A stretch of DNA of 64,000 nucleotides, taken from contig OZ281500.1 in assembly GCA_965637545.1 (NCBI GenBank), positions 10,850,001-10,914,000 on the forward strand. Direction: 5' to 3'. Under the pieces are notes generated by a model. The model did not search any database. It was not told where the DNA came from and saw nothing but the letters and a program-made list of their open reading frames with translations. Within the stretch, counting starts at the first letter, position 1; each line of letters begins with the position of its first letter. Position numbers and translations under genes: made by a program. This DNA comes from Phallusia mammillata. Lineage: Eukaryota. Of this stretch, positions 35,801 to 48,718 are shown piece by piece.

Positions 35801-38800
35801 GCCTAACTTTCCCAGGTCCTTAATGTGTGTTCTGTACATTCGTGCAAAAGGTTTAGTCAGTGAGTAATCATGCTCCGAACTGTATTTCGTGTAATGGCTT
35901 GTATTGGAAGATGCGACGTATGTTTAGTTGACTCTCGCGCCGCTTAATCTCGCAATTCGTCACGGCTATCACATGGCAATGTGTTTGCTTCCACTTCTGC
36001 ACGCTATGTTGTTGATGTCCTGCTCTCTTCGAACACGTGACCACAATAATGGACCGGCTGACGTCACTATAGGCGATTTTAATTCTTTTGAGAATGCCGA
36101 CATATATTGACATGGACTCACTAATTGTTTGCAGTCTGCTTACAAGTTTTTGACAATAGCCGAATGAGTTTGCGGTCAATAACATGCTTTTCACAAAGCG
36201 TCAATATTAGTCTTTTGTCGCCAGTGCCGTGGTCCTCGCGATTGCTGAGGATTTTGTCAGATGATGCAATGCTCTCATCTTCAGTTGCAAATTCACTTTG
36301 AGTTTTGTGCAGTTGGGTTTGAAGACAAAAATTTTACTCTTGCATTTTAATGTACTATTTGGTCGGTTCCAGGTGTGTATAGCAGTGCCAAAATTAAATT
36401 GATCACCCAGCTAGCCTAAACCCAACCCAAAAACTGTTTGCAAGCACGCAGAAACATTTTGTCGAAACATTATCTTATCAAATCACTCAATCTTACTGTT
36501 TGCAAGATCGCGGCGATGTGTCAATTTTCTCACATAGATGCATTGACGTTCGGGGGAGCACGTTGCCATTCATCAACACCAGACAGTAATTAACAGCATC
36601 AAGCGCGGCGTTATGGCCTTGTCATGTCGTCGGTGCTGTATCTACGCCTTGGATCGATTATCTTATGTTTTCACTTGTCCTCTTCTCATCAAACTCACTG
36701 CGTTCTTAACCACCGGCGCAGAATGAATTGTTTCATTATACACTTAGCCAAATGTTTGCATCTGCGTCAGGCGGTTGCGCCACATTGTTGATGCCCAGCT
36801 CTTTGGTGATTAGCTTCACTCCGTAGTCCACGTCACTAAGTCATGAATATCGCGTAAAAAACCCGATGCCTTCACTCGATAAACGCAAGGCGGTCAGGGG
36901 TCATGTGTTGATATATTCACAATCTTTCGCCGTGCCATGCTGTCATAAAGCCAGGTCATAGTTTCATAACAGCCCTCAAAACAAACCTTTCAAACTTAAC
37001 CTGACAGGGTAAGTACACAAAACAGCGTTCACTTATTTCGCAATGCTGCCCTGTGTTGGCACATATACAAAATTGTGGTCGACGGTAATCTGGTGTGTGC
37101 TTTGCAAGTCAAGGGCAAATGCATTATAGAGTACTTTGACCGGCAAATTATTGCTACATTATGCGCTGTATCCACAGTGCAATTGGCCGCGAAAACAAAT
37201 GTTTTGAAAACCGGGAGAGACAACCCGTCCATTCGTTTTGTTTTAAAGTTACACAATAAAGCGCACCAGACATCTGTCAAAGTCATTTCTTAACTTTTTT
37301 CGCAAATATTAAAAGTCTGGTGCCTAAAAGAAAATAAGTTTTGTATTTTTTCGAGAAAGATAAAAAACATGTCCACACAAACAGCTGACAACAAGGTATT
37401 TTGGGCTCAATTATCTTCACCAGCGGGTGAAATCATACAGAACATTGTATTTATTTCTTTGACCCGATTCGTAACAAACAGGTCACTTTTAAAGAGGTTG
37501 AATTTCATTCAGGGCCATGCTCTAATTACTGTTTACGACATTGATCCACTTGAGCTAAGTCGCTTTAATTACAACCTTGCACTGCAGGCCTGAATTCACG
37601 CGCTTGATACAAAATACGACATAGACTTGAAGGTGTTGTTTTTTTCTTTTTGTTTCGCCCACTTCAACACAGCGCCCGATACGCGATGACATAACCGAAA
37701 TTTCAAAGACGGCATGCCATGCTTGAATTTGAAGTGGCATAGGCAAAAATCGTGTGGCGTTAAATTCAACACCTCCAGGTGAATTTAAGTGGACGAAACG
37801 CAAACTTTTCGCTCAACAACTTTTGAACTCTGAGTTGCATTCTGTGCGGTGTGGCTCAAGTTGTCACGTGTGAAAACGGAGTTTAAACTGAGTGACCGAT
37901 TTCAGCGACAACACGTATCATTTGATAGCTGAATAGGTCTTTCATGTCGCTTTAGGACGCACTTGGAATTCGAGATGCAGCGCAAGAACCATCAAAGACA
38001 GTGTTTTATCTGGCTAAACGCAATCCACCACAAAATCGAATTAAAATCGCATTTGGCTTCAATGTGACTGTTGCAGTGATACACAACACCCTTTACCGGG
38101 TGCGTATTCGGTGCATGTGTGCGTGATGTAATATCTTTCAACGCCAACTCGGGGATTCGGCTCTTTGGTATTTACATACCTGTGCGGTGGCGTTGAAAAG
38201 CCAGGATCTGCTCCTACAAATGTTTCAACGCTGTCTTACTTGTTCTAACAATGCTATTTTGAAGTGGTGCGCATAAGGATCAGTTTTTTCCATGGTTGAG
38301 CACTGCTACAAGTAGAACGAAATGCGCCTTTGCGCTGTTTCAACAATGCCGAAAGTAATATATCTTACACAAAACAAGAAAGCGGCGGTCGGATTAACCT
38401 TTTTGATGATTTCGGGGTTGGTTGGTTGGTTGGTTGGGTTCAAAGATGTTTTCATCCAAATCTAAGAGTTAGAAAATGTCCCAAAAAACTTGGAGTAACC
38501 GTGATGAATGTTGAGTTTACGAATTTCGCACCTGGTAAAATATTTTATTGACACGAATATAGTCATGACAGTGTGTATGTGTTTTGGGATTTATATATGC
38601 CGCCTCCGCTCAAAATCCACTTATCTTGTGGCGATCGACGATCGATCGATAAAGTTGTCGGCCTCGTCAGGGTTACGCAAATGAATTTAATGTCCATACT
38701 TTTGTGAACCGTCACTGCCGGATTTTGATCGTGGTTTTATGCATCGCTTGCTGGGGTAAGTGTTGAGCTGCTCAGGCAGACCCGTGTCGCCTTACTAAAA

Positions 38801-41800
38801 TCCGTTGCGCAACGATGGCATTTGCCTTGAAGCAAGCCAAACCCACTTCACGAATCCAACGTCATACGAATATCGTGTGCCTTAAACAAGAGCAAAACTG
38901 GCTGCACTCAAGTTTTAACGGGACTAAAATCACTGAAGAGAGATGAAACGGGGTTGACCGTTCCCAAGAAAAATCTGAAGAGATAACGCTAAAAAATCCA
39001 AAAAGTACTGTCACTGTTGATTACAATAAGTGCAATCATGAAAGTGGCGATTTTTGCACTATGCCTTATGTGCCGATTTTGAAACTGGACAGCGTTGAAA
39101 TTTTTAACTTTATGACAAGCTAGAGCGGGAAGGGGCGACACTTATCGACAGGAGATAACTTAAAGTGGCTGAAGTTTCTGATAAAATCGCCCAAACCACT
39201 TGTATCATCTTTATGGTATTCTCACTGGCAATATTACTATTTAAAATGATAAATATGTAATTAAAACTATTTAAATATTGTAAATTTATGTAAAAAAAAA
39301 TAATTTGAACATTAGTTAAGAAACATTGCTTGTATTTACCAAAGCTTGAAAATGGCATACCACAGAAAAATATTGTAGTTCTAAGCCAAATATCTGTATG
39401 TCAGTACTTGGTTTCTGATAAAGTATAAGTTGCACAATTTCGTGGTGATTAAGCGTTCGTGTTATTAAAAGTATTCTGTTGTTTTGAAAAAGTAGTTACA
39501 GTAAACAAGTATAGCTAAATATTTGTTGGTTTGGCGTTTTGTACAATCAGTGTGTGTATGTATGATACAAGGAATGCCTTGAGCTGCTGATGCTGGTGCT
39601 TTTCTGCTAGTCTGACCTTCAATTATCTTTCCCGTGCAATTATCTTCTTTGGGTCGCCAAGATTGCCCTGTGGTCTGACTATCGCGCGTTTCACTTTATC
39701 ATGCCGCAAACGCCACATGGGCTGACGGAATTTGGACAGTTTTAAGTTCATTTGCTAAATGTGTTCTATCATGATTTCAGAGTTTGGTGAACAGCAAACT
39801 GTGTTCACCTGAAACCACAAGGTCAATGTTTGCTGAAAAATCAGTCAAGCGCAATGATGAAGCAAGTGATATCACCAGACCCCTAAGCTGGTTAAACTCG
39901 TTAAAACCGGATAAAGCTCCAAAATTACATTGCTAAGTGGGTCGTGCGTTTCTCACACGCACAAAGCGTAGCGAAAATACTAAATTAAAGCTACCCAATA
40001 AGCGTGGAAACAGTTTTTCTCCAACATGATATACCTGTGCGGGAACGAAACCTGCAACCATGTTTAGACACAAAGGTTACCAAATTGAAGCGTCAAGGGC
40101 AAAGAGCGGATTAAAATACTTAAATTCTTCTTGAACCCTTTACCATTATCCTTGGTTGGTGGTGAATGCAAGGGACGTTTATAGTAAGCGCTGTTTACGG
40201 ATGCTTGTTGACCTTTCGCTGGCGGCATTAGTCAACGCCGATGGTCGAAAGTATTTTAATGAGGCTAGAAAGCTTACGAGGGTTCGGCACCATGCTGAGA
40301 GTACAAATATGCTTAGCAAACAGCGTGTTGTTAACAAACGAATCTGGCTACCGAAAAGATATTTAAATTTCATACGAGAAAACCACAGACTCTCACCATG
40401 ACCCGGTTTTTGCCAACGCTGCGCGAAAAACATGTGATTCTAACTTTAAGGCGTAAATTGCTGGTTTAGTGATTAAAATGTCCCCTTTAAGTGTGCTGAT
40501 TCACCTGTTTACCTGGCTTATGTGTGTAATGTTGATTTGTTGTTTTTCAGCCATGGCCGTACGCTTCATCACCAAAAGGTTTATTGGAGACTACGATCCT
40601 ACATTAGGTAAATTGAAGTTATATGTGTACATCTACTAATTAGACGAGAATAAATAGTTGACAAAAAATACAACATTGTGCAAAAATGAGTACTGAACTA
40701 AAAGTAATAATAATAGTAATAAAAAAACTTACAGTTTGTTTCAAAAACAGTATTGTTTGCCCAAAATAATTATTTGGAAACGTGTCCTTTTGACTGCAAG
40801 AGCTCATTAGCTTTTCAAAGCACTCAAATCTGTTGTAATCGTGTCAGTTTACGGGGATGAGTTCGTATCCCTTCTTCTGGCCTATTAGTAAACACACGAC
40901 GGTCTTTACGCCTTATTAGGCTAAAACGATCAACAAAATCCTTTTGGACGGGTAGTCATTGTTCATAAAACTTGTTCAAACTTCACTTTTGCAACCTTGT
41001 AAAACATTTTTTCCATATTTTCAGAAACGATTTACCGCCATACTACGGTAGTGGACGATGAATTGGTCAATTTCGAAATTATGGACACAGCTGGACAGGT
41101 CAGTATCGTGCAGAAAATATATACGTTATACAGGGAACGGTTTCCTGTAGCAACCCCAAATAATGTGGACATTAGTCACCTATCTTCGCCATTCTGCTTC
41201 CAGTTAGTTCACATCAAAGTTTAGTGTAACATGAAACTCGCATATCGCATTGCAGACAATCGGATTGAGTGTAGGGGCAAGGAACCAAATGTCACCAACA
41301 ACACTTTCTGTCAAATTGACATCCGTGAAATTACCGATGTCGGTTAAGTCGCCAAAGAATCTTGCGACCAAGTTCATAAGCACAGATTTCCTTCACTTAG
41401 CTGTCGGCTAAGTAGAGCACTTTAAAGGGCTTCAAATGCGAACTTGTGGTGCAAATAAATGCGAGTTTCGCCGAATTCCGAACAAATTCGAAAATGTTGA
41501 TCAAGGTTTTAAATCAGGCTATTTTGTGCACAAATAGCTACAATTTGCTATCGTCAGCGCCGCAATTTTGAACCACAAATACTAAACGTTCGGCATAGAT
41601 TAAACCACATAGAAATGTTAGCCACTTTTGGGCATGCTGTTGAGTCATAGACGCTCAGGTTATAATTAACTGCCAGTGAGCACTTCAAACGCCCGTCACG
41701 TTGTAATTGAAACCTTGAAGCTGCTCAGAAATTTTTCAACTCGTCGCGCGATTATCATGTGGGAAAGTGGGTGGGTTTCATCGTACTGACACGCCACGTC

Positions 41801-43599
41801 GACTCTTTGCTGTTGAAAGGTTAAAATGGCTGCGGCAATATGAGCGAAGTATCACGTTTTGGACAAGCGCACCCAGAAAGGAGCTTTAAATTTGCTGGAT
41901 AATTTGCACCTGCCCGTGCTGACCCGGCTCATAATGCCCGGGTGTAGAGTCAAGAAATCACATTATCTAATCGCCTATATATCCCTGCCCCCCTTTCTTT
42001 GGCGAATTTGGCGGCGGGTGGTTTATAAAAATTGCTGGTCACTCATATGTCTTGTAGGCTTGCATAGAAAATCTGGTAGCTTTTTGGCAATATTTAAACC
42101 ATCCGTATGTGCTCGTTAGTAGACCATTGAACTCCGTAAACTTTGTTGCACGGCTTAAGGGTTTTAATACAATTACCCGCAGTAGGCGGGCTGTTTGCGC
42201 GCTTAAGCTTACCAAAACAAATAAACGTGAACAGGTTAAAATATGCGATATTCGGTAGGGTTTTTTATCCAGCGTTTCAAAATCCCATGTGATTTTAAAA
42301 CCAAAATATGGGTAACCGGATTAGAAAGTGAAAATCATCCCAACTAAATTCCTACGGGGTAAAATTGCAAGGTGTAACATCTGATTAAATTGCTTAACAT
42401 GCACTCATTCGACTCTGTAATAAACGAAACACCCCTTTATTATGCAGGAAGAAAACTCGTTGATGCTGGAAGACAAGTGCAAATGGGGCGAGAGCTTTGT
42501 CTTCGTCTACGATGTCACCGACAAATACAGCTTTGATGAACTGACCCGACTTAAATTCATTGCCAGTTACACCCATTCACGTCTTCGTGTCAATTTTACT
42601 CCCTGTTGGATTCTCGTTGGTAACAAGTCAGATCTCGCCGAGAATGAGAGAATGGTGAGCACAGAAGAGGGAAGACAACTTGCGAAGGACCTCGGATGTC
42701 ACATGTTTCGCGAAATTTCTGTGCGTGAATCGGTCCATGAATCGGGCGAGGTCTTTGAGGATTTATGGAGGGAATTTTCACGTCTCAGTCCCCGTTCGCC
42801 CTCTAGCAGTCAACGCCGGAAATTCTCGTATCGCATTCAGGATAAGATTCCCGTACTTAACTCAAACGCATCCACTTGCGCTTCTGAAGCACTTAAAAAC
42901 CTTGGAGTGAACGAGGGCATCTCCACGCTTACCCATACACTTAAAAAGCAATGTAGCGCCCCTGGGTTTACATTCTCGACTCGGACATCGAAAGAAAGCC
43001 TCTACAACGATAGCAATAACAACAACCACAGTGATGACATGTATGATAACGCTCGGGATATAGCAAGAATACCTGAGGCAGATGATGAGGACAGTGATCC
43101 CGCTACCCCTCCTCCAGATTACGGAAAACCAATGCGATCCCGAAGGAACGCTGTAGTAAGCGGAAGTCTAACGACCAAACCTCCCACCTTTCCCCGGGCC
43201 CGAAGAAAGGCATTGTGCAAGGCTGTAAGCGTAGACAATGTGTTCAACCATCTTGATGAAAATTCTACAACGGCGAGCGACACCACTACGCCGCTGTCGT
43301 CATCATCGACGTCATCGTCTACTACGTCACTTAATGGAAGCATAAACCCGAGTACGAACTCAAGTGATAAACTAAAAACGAACGATTCGATGAGAGTTCG
43401 TAGTAGCTCGGACGCCGGGCAGAACCAAAGCGACCCAAAGAAAGCTGTCTCTCGAAATCCCGAGGACCTTGTTTCAATATACCAGGACCACTGCCGGCGC
43501 CACAGGGCCCGACGCTGTGAGTCCGTCAAATTCAAACGCCCCTTTAACCCCATGCCTGCAGTACCCTTAACGTCAACGTACGAAGTGGGTGGTTTTTAG
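29895..43599 (+). CDS. RERG: RERG-type Ras-like small GTPase with N- and C-terminal extensions, 479 aa
   Basis: Exons 29895-30051, 40551-40607, 41025-41098, 42448-43599, phases consistent. G1 GVGGVGKT, RFITKRFIGDYDPTLE, G3 DTAGQE, KWGESFVFVYDVT and G4 VGNKSD closely follow RERG. No CAAX. Probable 5'-UTR intron 29448-29743. Confidence 0.9.
33211..34541. promoter_or_regulatory. Candidate enhancer in RERG-like intron 1 (CRE/AP-1 cluster, Pbx-Meis decamer)
   Basis: TGACGTCA at 33211 and 33743, TGACTCA at 33991, TTACGTCA at 34161, CGTCA half-sites near 33229, 33982 and 34069, TGATTGACAG at 34532-34541. Motif matches only. Confidence 0.4.
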
Positions 43600-43888
43600 T
43601 ATTTTCTTCTTTGGTTAAAGTTTTAGACCAGGGTTTATCTGCTATTTAAAACTAAACCATTCATATTTCCAGTTTTTCATTTACAGTCTTACAATCTAAT
43701 AGCAACTACCCGAAATGACAATATTACCAAATGAACGTACGTTTTTAGTTCTTTCAAAGAGATTTTACTTTTTCCTTTTGACAAAACTGTTTCCTTTTGC
43801 ATCGTGATACGAAGTACAGTTTTGATTCAAAACACGTTTTCTTGCAACTTTTTCTCGCTTGGTGCGTACTGTGTGCTTCAAAGCATTT

Positions 43889-43921
43889 TTTATTTGTGCC
43901 ATTGTCGTGATTCGTAATAAA
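43889..43921. promoter_or_regulatory. Opposed polyadenylation signals of the convergent RERG-like and SYBU-like genes
   Basis: First AATAAA I found after the plus-strand stop is at 43916-43921. First after the minus-strand stop is at 43894-43889. Confidence 0.55.
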
Positions 43922-44207
43922 ACCGATTACTTTTAGAATTTCTTGTCATGCACGGACACCAGTAATAGTTCAGAAGTAAATAGTGTATTTGTACGCATAT
44001 ATCTCTTCAAACAACACAGGAAAAACATTGGGAGATAAAAGAATTCAGGGCATCACCAGGTCAACAAGTCTTAGAATAAATATTTCATGTGAACACTAAA
44101 ATCGTTTTTGTTGAGATCACCAAGCATGTATAAGTTGAACACAAAGCAATAAAGAAAAGCAAGGCAAAAATGTGAACAGAAGTGAAAGAGATAGCTTGTG
44201 TGTAACA

Positions 44208-47200
44208 TCACTGAAGACCTGTTAGCATTCCCTTCCAAGCTGGGATGACGAATTGACAAAGCAGTCTTTCGGCTTCGACTGTGTCTGGGCTGCTTTTGCC
44301 TGCCAGCGAACTGACGAGCAGAAGTTGGGGCAAAACGGCGCCAATCAATTTCGCCGCAGACTGCTGTAGCAAGCTTCTGCGTGAATGATAAACAGCATTG
44401 CTGCTAATTACTATTGGCATATTGCCCGGCACAGATGTTATCTGTGCGTCTTCCGTTTGACACCCGACTGCTTTGAAATTTGTGTGAGGGTACAAGGTCT
44501 CATGGTGTGATTTATCTTCGTTCGAACCAAAGGAAAGTTGCACAGCCAAAGAATCCAACTCATTCGCGGCAGCTTTTCGCTTCATGCTGAAATAACCTTG
44601 GTCGCAATGCGACGAGGCGCGTGATTGGTTGGATTGTGGACATTCAGGCGTGACTTGGCGCCGCGATTCGTCTGACTGATATGACGTCACTGATATCTCT
44701 GCCTCCCTTGACTCGTTATCAGATTTGTGGGGACCGTCGACAGCTATTCGTGGCTTATTTTGTTCCGCGCGAAGACGATCCTGAAGGTCAACGATTGTTG
44801 CCTGCAGTTAAAAAACATCCAGTAAATAAATGTTGCGAGGCAATGTTTTTGTTAAATGATATATTGGGTAGTGTTCTGTGCAAAAATATTGCTTCAAAAG
44901 TTAAACTACATCTGTAACCGAATTTTAGGATTCTTACATTTAGATTACCCATATGTTAGTTTAAACGGAAATGTAGATTATTTTTTTACTTTAAATTTGG
45001 CAAAGAATAAAGTTGTACAAACTATGTTTCGTTAATTGCGACAAGGTAACACAACCATCGTTCAAAGAGGAAACACACTAATCAAAGAGGCAAACAGATG
45101 CCTGTCCAGTTATCCTTCAAACCACAATTAGGAAGTGATCTCACCTTGAAGATCCTGCTTTCGTTTTCCGCTTTCGCACGATAAATTTCCGCCTCAACGC
45201 GATAACATTCTTCTTCAATCGCTCCCTCGCGAATCTTCGATGTTTCTGATCTCAGTGAATTTATTTCTGATTCCTAGGAAATTAAATGACAATTTTGGCC
45301 ATTTTACAAAACCTATACCACTTATGATTAGACCTATGAACAGATCCATGTGCAATGTTACACAACCAAATTTATCATTTAAAATATTTCAAAATATTTA
45401 AATTTTGGACTGGTTTGTTAAAAAGTGAAATTCTAAATCGACCATGCAACTAACATTCATTCTAGTTGTGCTATGAAAAGTATCTGTACCTGGAGTTTGA
45501 TGATACTTTTTGCTTCATCCAGCTCATCGGCCATTTCTTGTAAAACTCCATCACGTTGACCAAATTGTAAAAACCTAGAATCATACGTTTTAATACATTA
45601 ACCCGCTAAACTTTGTTTTAGAAGATCTAGTATCCAGTTTTAAATACAAACAAATTGGCTTCTATAATATGTACCTTTCCGATGAGCAATGACCTTTCTT
45701 GCTTTCCCATTCCCGCTTGTGCTGCTTCCTCCTGGTTTCAATCAGACGCAGGAAAAATGATCGATTTCGCAGCCAGTTCTGCGCTGAATTGGACGATGGC
45801 GACGGGAGATTATGCCCAGGTGATGCAAGGCACTTCTTCTTTATCCTATGCAATACATTAATCATCCACATTAGACCGGCTATTAATACAATATTTTGAA
45901 AATAAAGTATTGTATGAGTGTTGAGGAAATAACTTACTTTTCTCCGAGAAGATCAGGTACGCTATTGGTATCAAGTCCCGTCGAGAAGTCGCCTGAAGCA
46001 ATGCTACAAGTAGATGTATGTGCAGAGTTGCCGCCGATGCCATCCATTCTGTCTTCGCTAAATGTCATAAAATGATGCTGGCAACATTCTTGTGAGACCA
46101 CGGAAGAAGATGAGAGCGGAAGTTGAAAGGCAGCAGGTGCCATGACCGTTTCCGATATCTCGGGGTGAAGAAATCTCGATTCATTGCAATCGACAGATTT
46201 CAAATCACTGTCTCGCGCTTCTGCGGGTTTTGCCCAAATGGCCTCGAAGTCGTTGTCATCACTTGAAGACATTGCTGGCGAACGGATTTGCCCAGCGCAC
46301 AAGATGTTGCAGTCGGAGCTTCCGTCTGGTCGTGTACGAATCGGTGTAGTTGGAAATATCGGACCAACGACAAGGTTGTCTTCTTCTCTTAGCGCAAGCG
46401 AAATAGGCATGTCATCTCTTGAGAGTGGCTTGCATTTAGAGTTGTTATTTTTGTCGCAAATGTTGTCGGGTGATAAAGGTTCACTGTCACACAGGCGCCG
46501 ACACGATGATGAACACTGTCCAGACTTGCGGGATGACACGCGTGGCTTGGAATTGAAACCTGTTTTGTATCTTGCAACTGATACATCGCAGTTGTCTGTC
46601 AAACCAATGTCAACTGTTTTATTGACATCTGATTTCCCGGCTGTCAAAGTTTTTCTAGTCTTGTTCTGTCGGTGTCTGGGAGTAGTTGCAGCTCCACAGT
46701 GCCCTCTCGTGGAAGAGTTTCTCGAGCTGCTCACTGGTGAAGCCCCCGAATAACAGATGGATGAAACACTTGTGGATGGCGAATCTAAAGAATTCGTCCT
46801 GGAGTGCGTTTTCTTGTATGGAGGTCCCATCAGATCGCATCGATGCCTCCGTGGACCAGACGATGACGTTGATGTTGACATTGAATTGGTAAAAGACGTG
46901 GAAGATGCACTGGACACTGAAGTATCTCGATTGGATTTTCGTGTGGACTGAGTTCGTTTTCTCCCTCTTCTAACCGAGGTGTTCTTTGGGCGCTCGGCTT
47001 GACCACAGGTTTTTTGTGTATTGTTTCTTGTGACCTTTTCCGTTGCTAAAGATGTCACTTTATTTTTAGTAAGTTCTTCAAAATTTAGTGCAACTTCGGT
47101 TTGCCTAGTTGTCAATGGGAGTGGAGAACCTGGAGATTCGAAACTCGGTGTCGACGGCACGGAGGCAATCGCCTTAATTCGTTTTGGAATACGCTTCGTA

Positions 47201-47763
47201 GAACTTCTGGTTGGCAACGTGTGAAAACGTTTTTTCGAACTTTTGCAACCATCGTCAGACACAATCGGTGATATAGGTGCTGAACTTCTAAATCCGAAAC
47301 GATTGGTACATTTTGGTTGTGGAGTTGTTACTTTACTACTAGTTTTACTTCTAGCATCTTCGCTGTCTGAGTTAGGTTTGGAACATCCGGCCCGTGGTGA
47401 TTCGATGGATGTAACCGATGGACGTCGTGCACATGAATCCACACTCACAGTGCTAGGCGTGTTGGGAACGCTTTTGGTCGTTTTAGTCATCTGCCTTTCC
47501 GATGCAGATTTAAAGCTGTTAAAGATTTGGTCGAGGTTGGTGGCGGAAGGTCGTGGTAATCGTTTCCACTTGCGTTTTTCAGTGCTGTTATTACTTTGTA
47601 AATCCCCCGCTGACACAACACTTGACTTTTCTCGTCCACCACGCCGTAAGGGCAAATGTAGTGGTGACTTGAACGCCAGTTTCTTGCTTGCCTTGTGTCG
47701 CGACGCACTCGTTTTTGTTTCTGCTTGGAATTCATTTGATTGCACTTGTAGTGATTTTTTCAT
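44208..47763 (-). CDS. SYBU: Syntabulin/syntaphilin-like protein, ~877 aa (long S/T/R/P-rich N-terminus, coiled coil, LC8-type motif, C-terminal hydrophobic segment)
   Basis: Exons 47763-45938, 45574-45490, 45273-45145, 44801-44208, phases consistent. Spliced ESEINSLRSETSKIREGAIEEECYRVEAEIYRAKAENESRIFKATIVDLQDRL aligns with the remembered SYBU/SNPH core ESEIVELKSQLARMREDWIEEECHRVEAQLALKEARKEIKQLKQVIETMRSSL. Gene model is solid; the orthology call is from memory. Confidence 0.75.
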
Positions 47764-48675
47764 CGTTGGTCTTTTTCAAGGGAACGAACTCAGGATAACA
47801 AAGGCTCGAACCAAGGGATAAACAGAGATGTCACAGTGAAAAACAGAAGAGAAATAAATTTTACTGTTACATGTATTTACATAAACTATAAGAGGCGTCG
47901 GCCTGCCCTGCACCAGAAAAAAACAAAACAATAAACAACTTTAACATTTTTAACATATATTTCGCGAGCGACATATTTAAAAAAAAGTCTGGTCTAAAAA
48001 AATAATACTTTGCAGAAAATATCAATATCCATGAGTACCTGTAAAAGCTACCGCTCTGTGTGGGTAGTTTTGGAAAATATATCAGAAACTATTGATGTGC
48101 ATAAAACAAGTGCCAACCCAGTGCGACACTGCCATGGCTGTGATACAAAACATATTGATCACTCAGAACCTAACTTGAAGCTTTAAGTGCTGCTCCAATC
48201 GATATGAGCATCAGGGAAATAACCTCGAATGTGTTTTGAAGCTATCTTCTACAAGACTGTTTTTGTGCTAAGGTTAGTAGCACCACTAACAAATCATGTA
48301 ACCCCACTGTCAACAGTTGTCAGCGGTTCAAGCGGTTACAACTGACGTCGACAATACGATAAAAGGCAAAAACGCCTTGTCTTTCACATAACGATATGAC
48401 TGCCAGCTGTAAAACGTCCCATGATAATTATAACAAATTTTAATTCTGTTTAGTATAACGGTGCTTTTGCTACCACTAATTTCACTATCAACAACACTCA
48501 TCACCCTTATATGCCTGATCCTACTAAAGCCACAGCACAAGGACTGTTCGTTGACAACTGCATTACATTATGCCACACTTCTGGTTGCAACCAGTTTTAT
48601 AAGAGGTCCTTTCGCCAGGCTAGACAACCCTGTTAAACTCACACGATTACTCCGCGGGGTGCTCACACTTCTGAC

Positions 48676-48718
48676 TGACGTCACCCGCTGCGCAGGCGTA
48701 AAACAGATCGCTTATTGG
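48676..48718 (-). promoter_or_regulatory. Candidate promoter upstream of the SYBU-like gene (CCAAT box plus CRE)
   Basis: CCAAT on minus at 48718-48714 and TGACGTCA at 48676-48683, in a locally GC-rich patch followed on minus by GTGAGT donor-like sites. Confidence 0.35.

Noticed and set aside
38136-38198. 11-bp perfect inverted repeat TTTCAACGCCA/TGGCGTTGAAA
   Set aside because: The interior pairs poorly, and there is no TSD or second copy; could be chance.
38933-38962. Hammerhead-like CTGAAGA...GAAAC with a good stem III
   Set aside because: Only 5 nt are available for stem II, and there is no stem I pairing.
23300-40500. Many 60-120-aa ORFs in the intergenic region and RERG-like intron 1
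   Set aside because: No recognisable domains, no consistent splice chains and no transposase or RT motifs. The exception is the true RERG exon at 29895-30051, which the ORF track missed.
43119-43553. Minus-strand 144-aa ORF
   Set aside because: Antisense shadow of the RERG-like tail.
44208-44690. Standalone 160-aa ORF as a BH3-only (Bmf/Bim-like) gene, because of its QT motif
   Set aside because: The frame extends upstream to an acceptor at 44802 and splices into the SYBU-like gene. No proper BH3 motif (no conserved Asp).
46184-47821. Plus-strand ORFs of 189 and 192 aa
   Set aside because: Antisense shadows of the Ser-rich SYBU-like exon; no independent gene signals.
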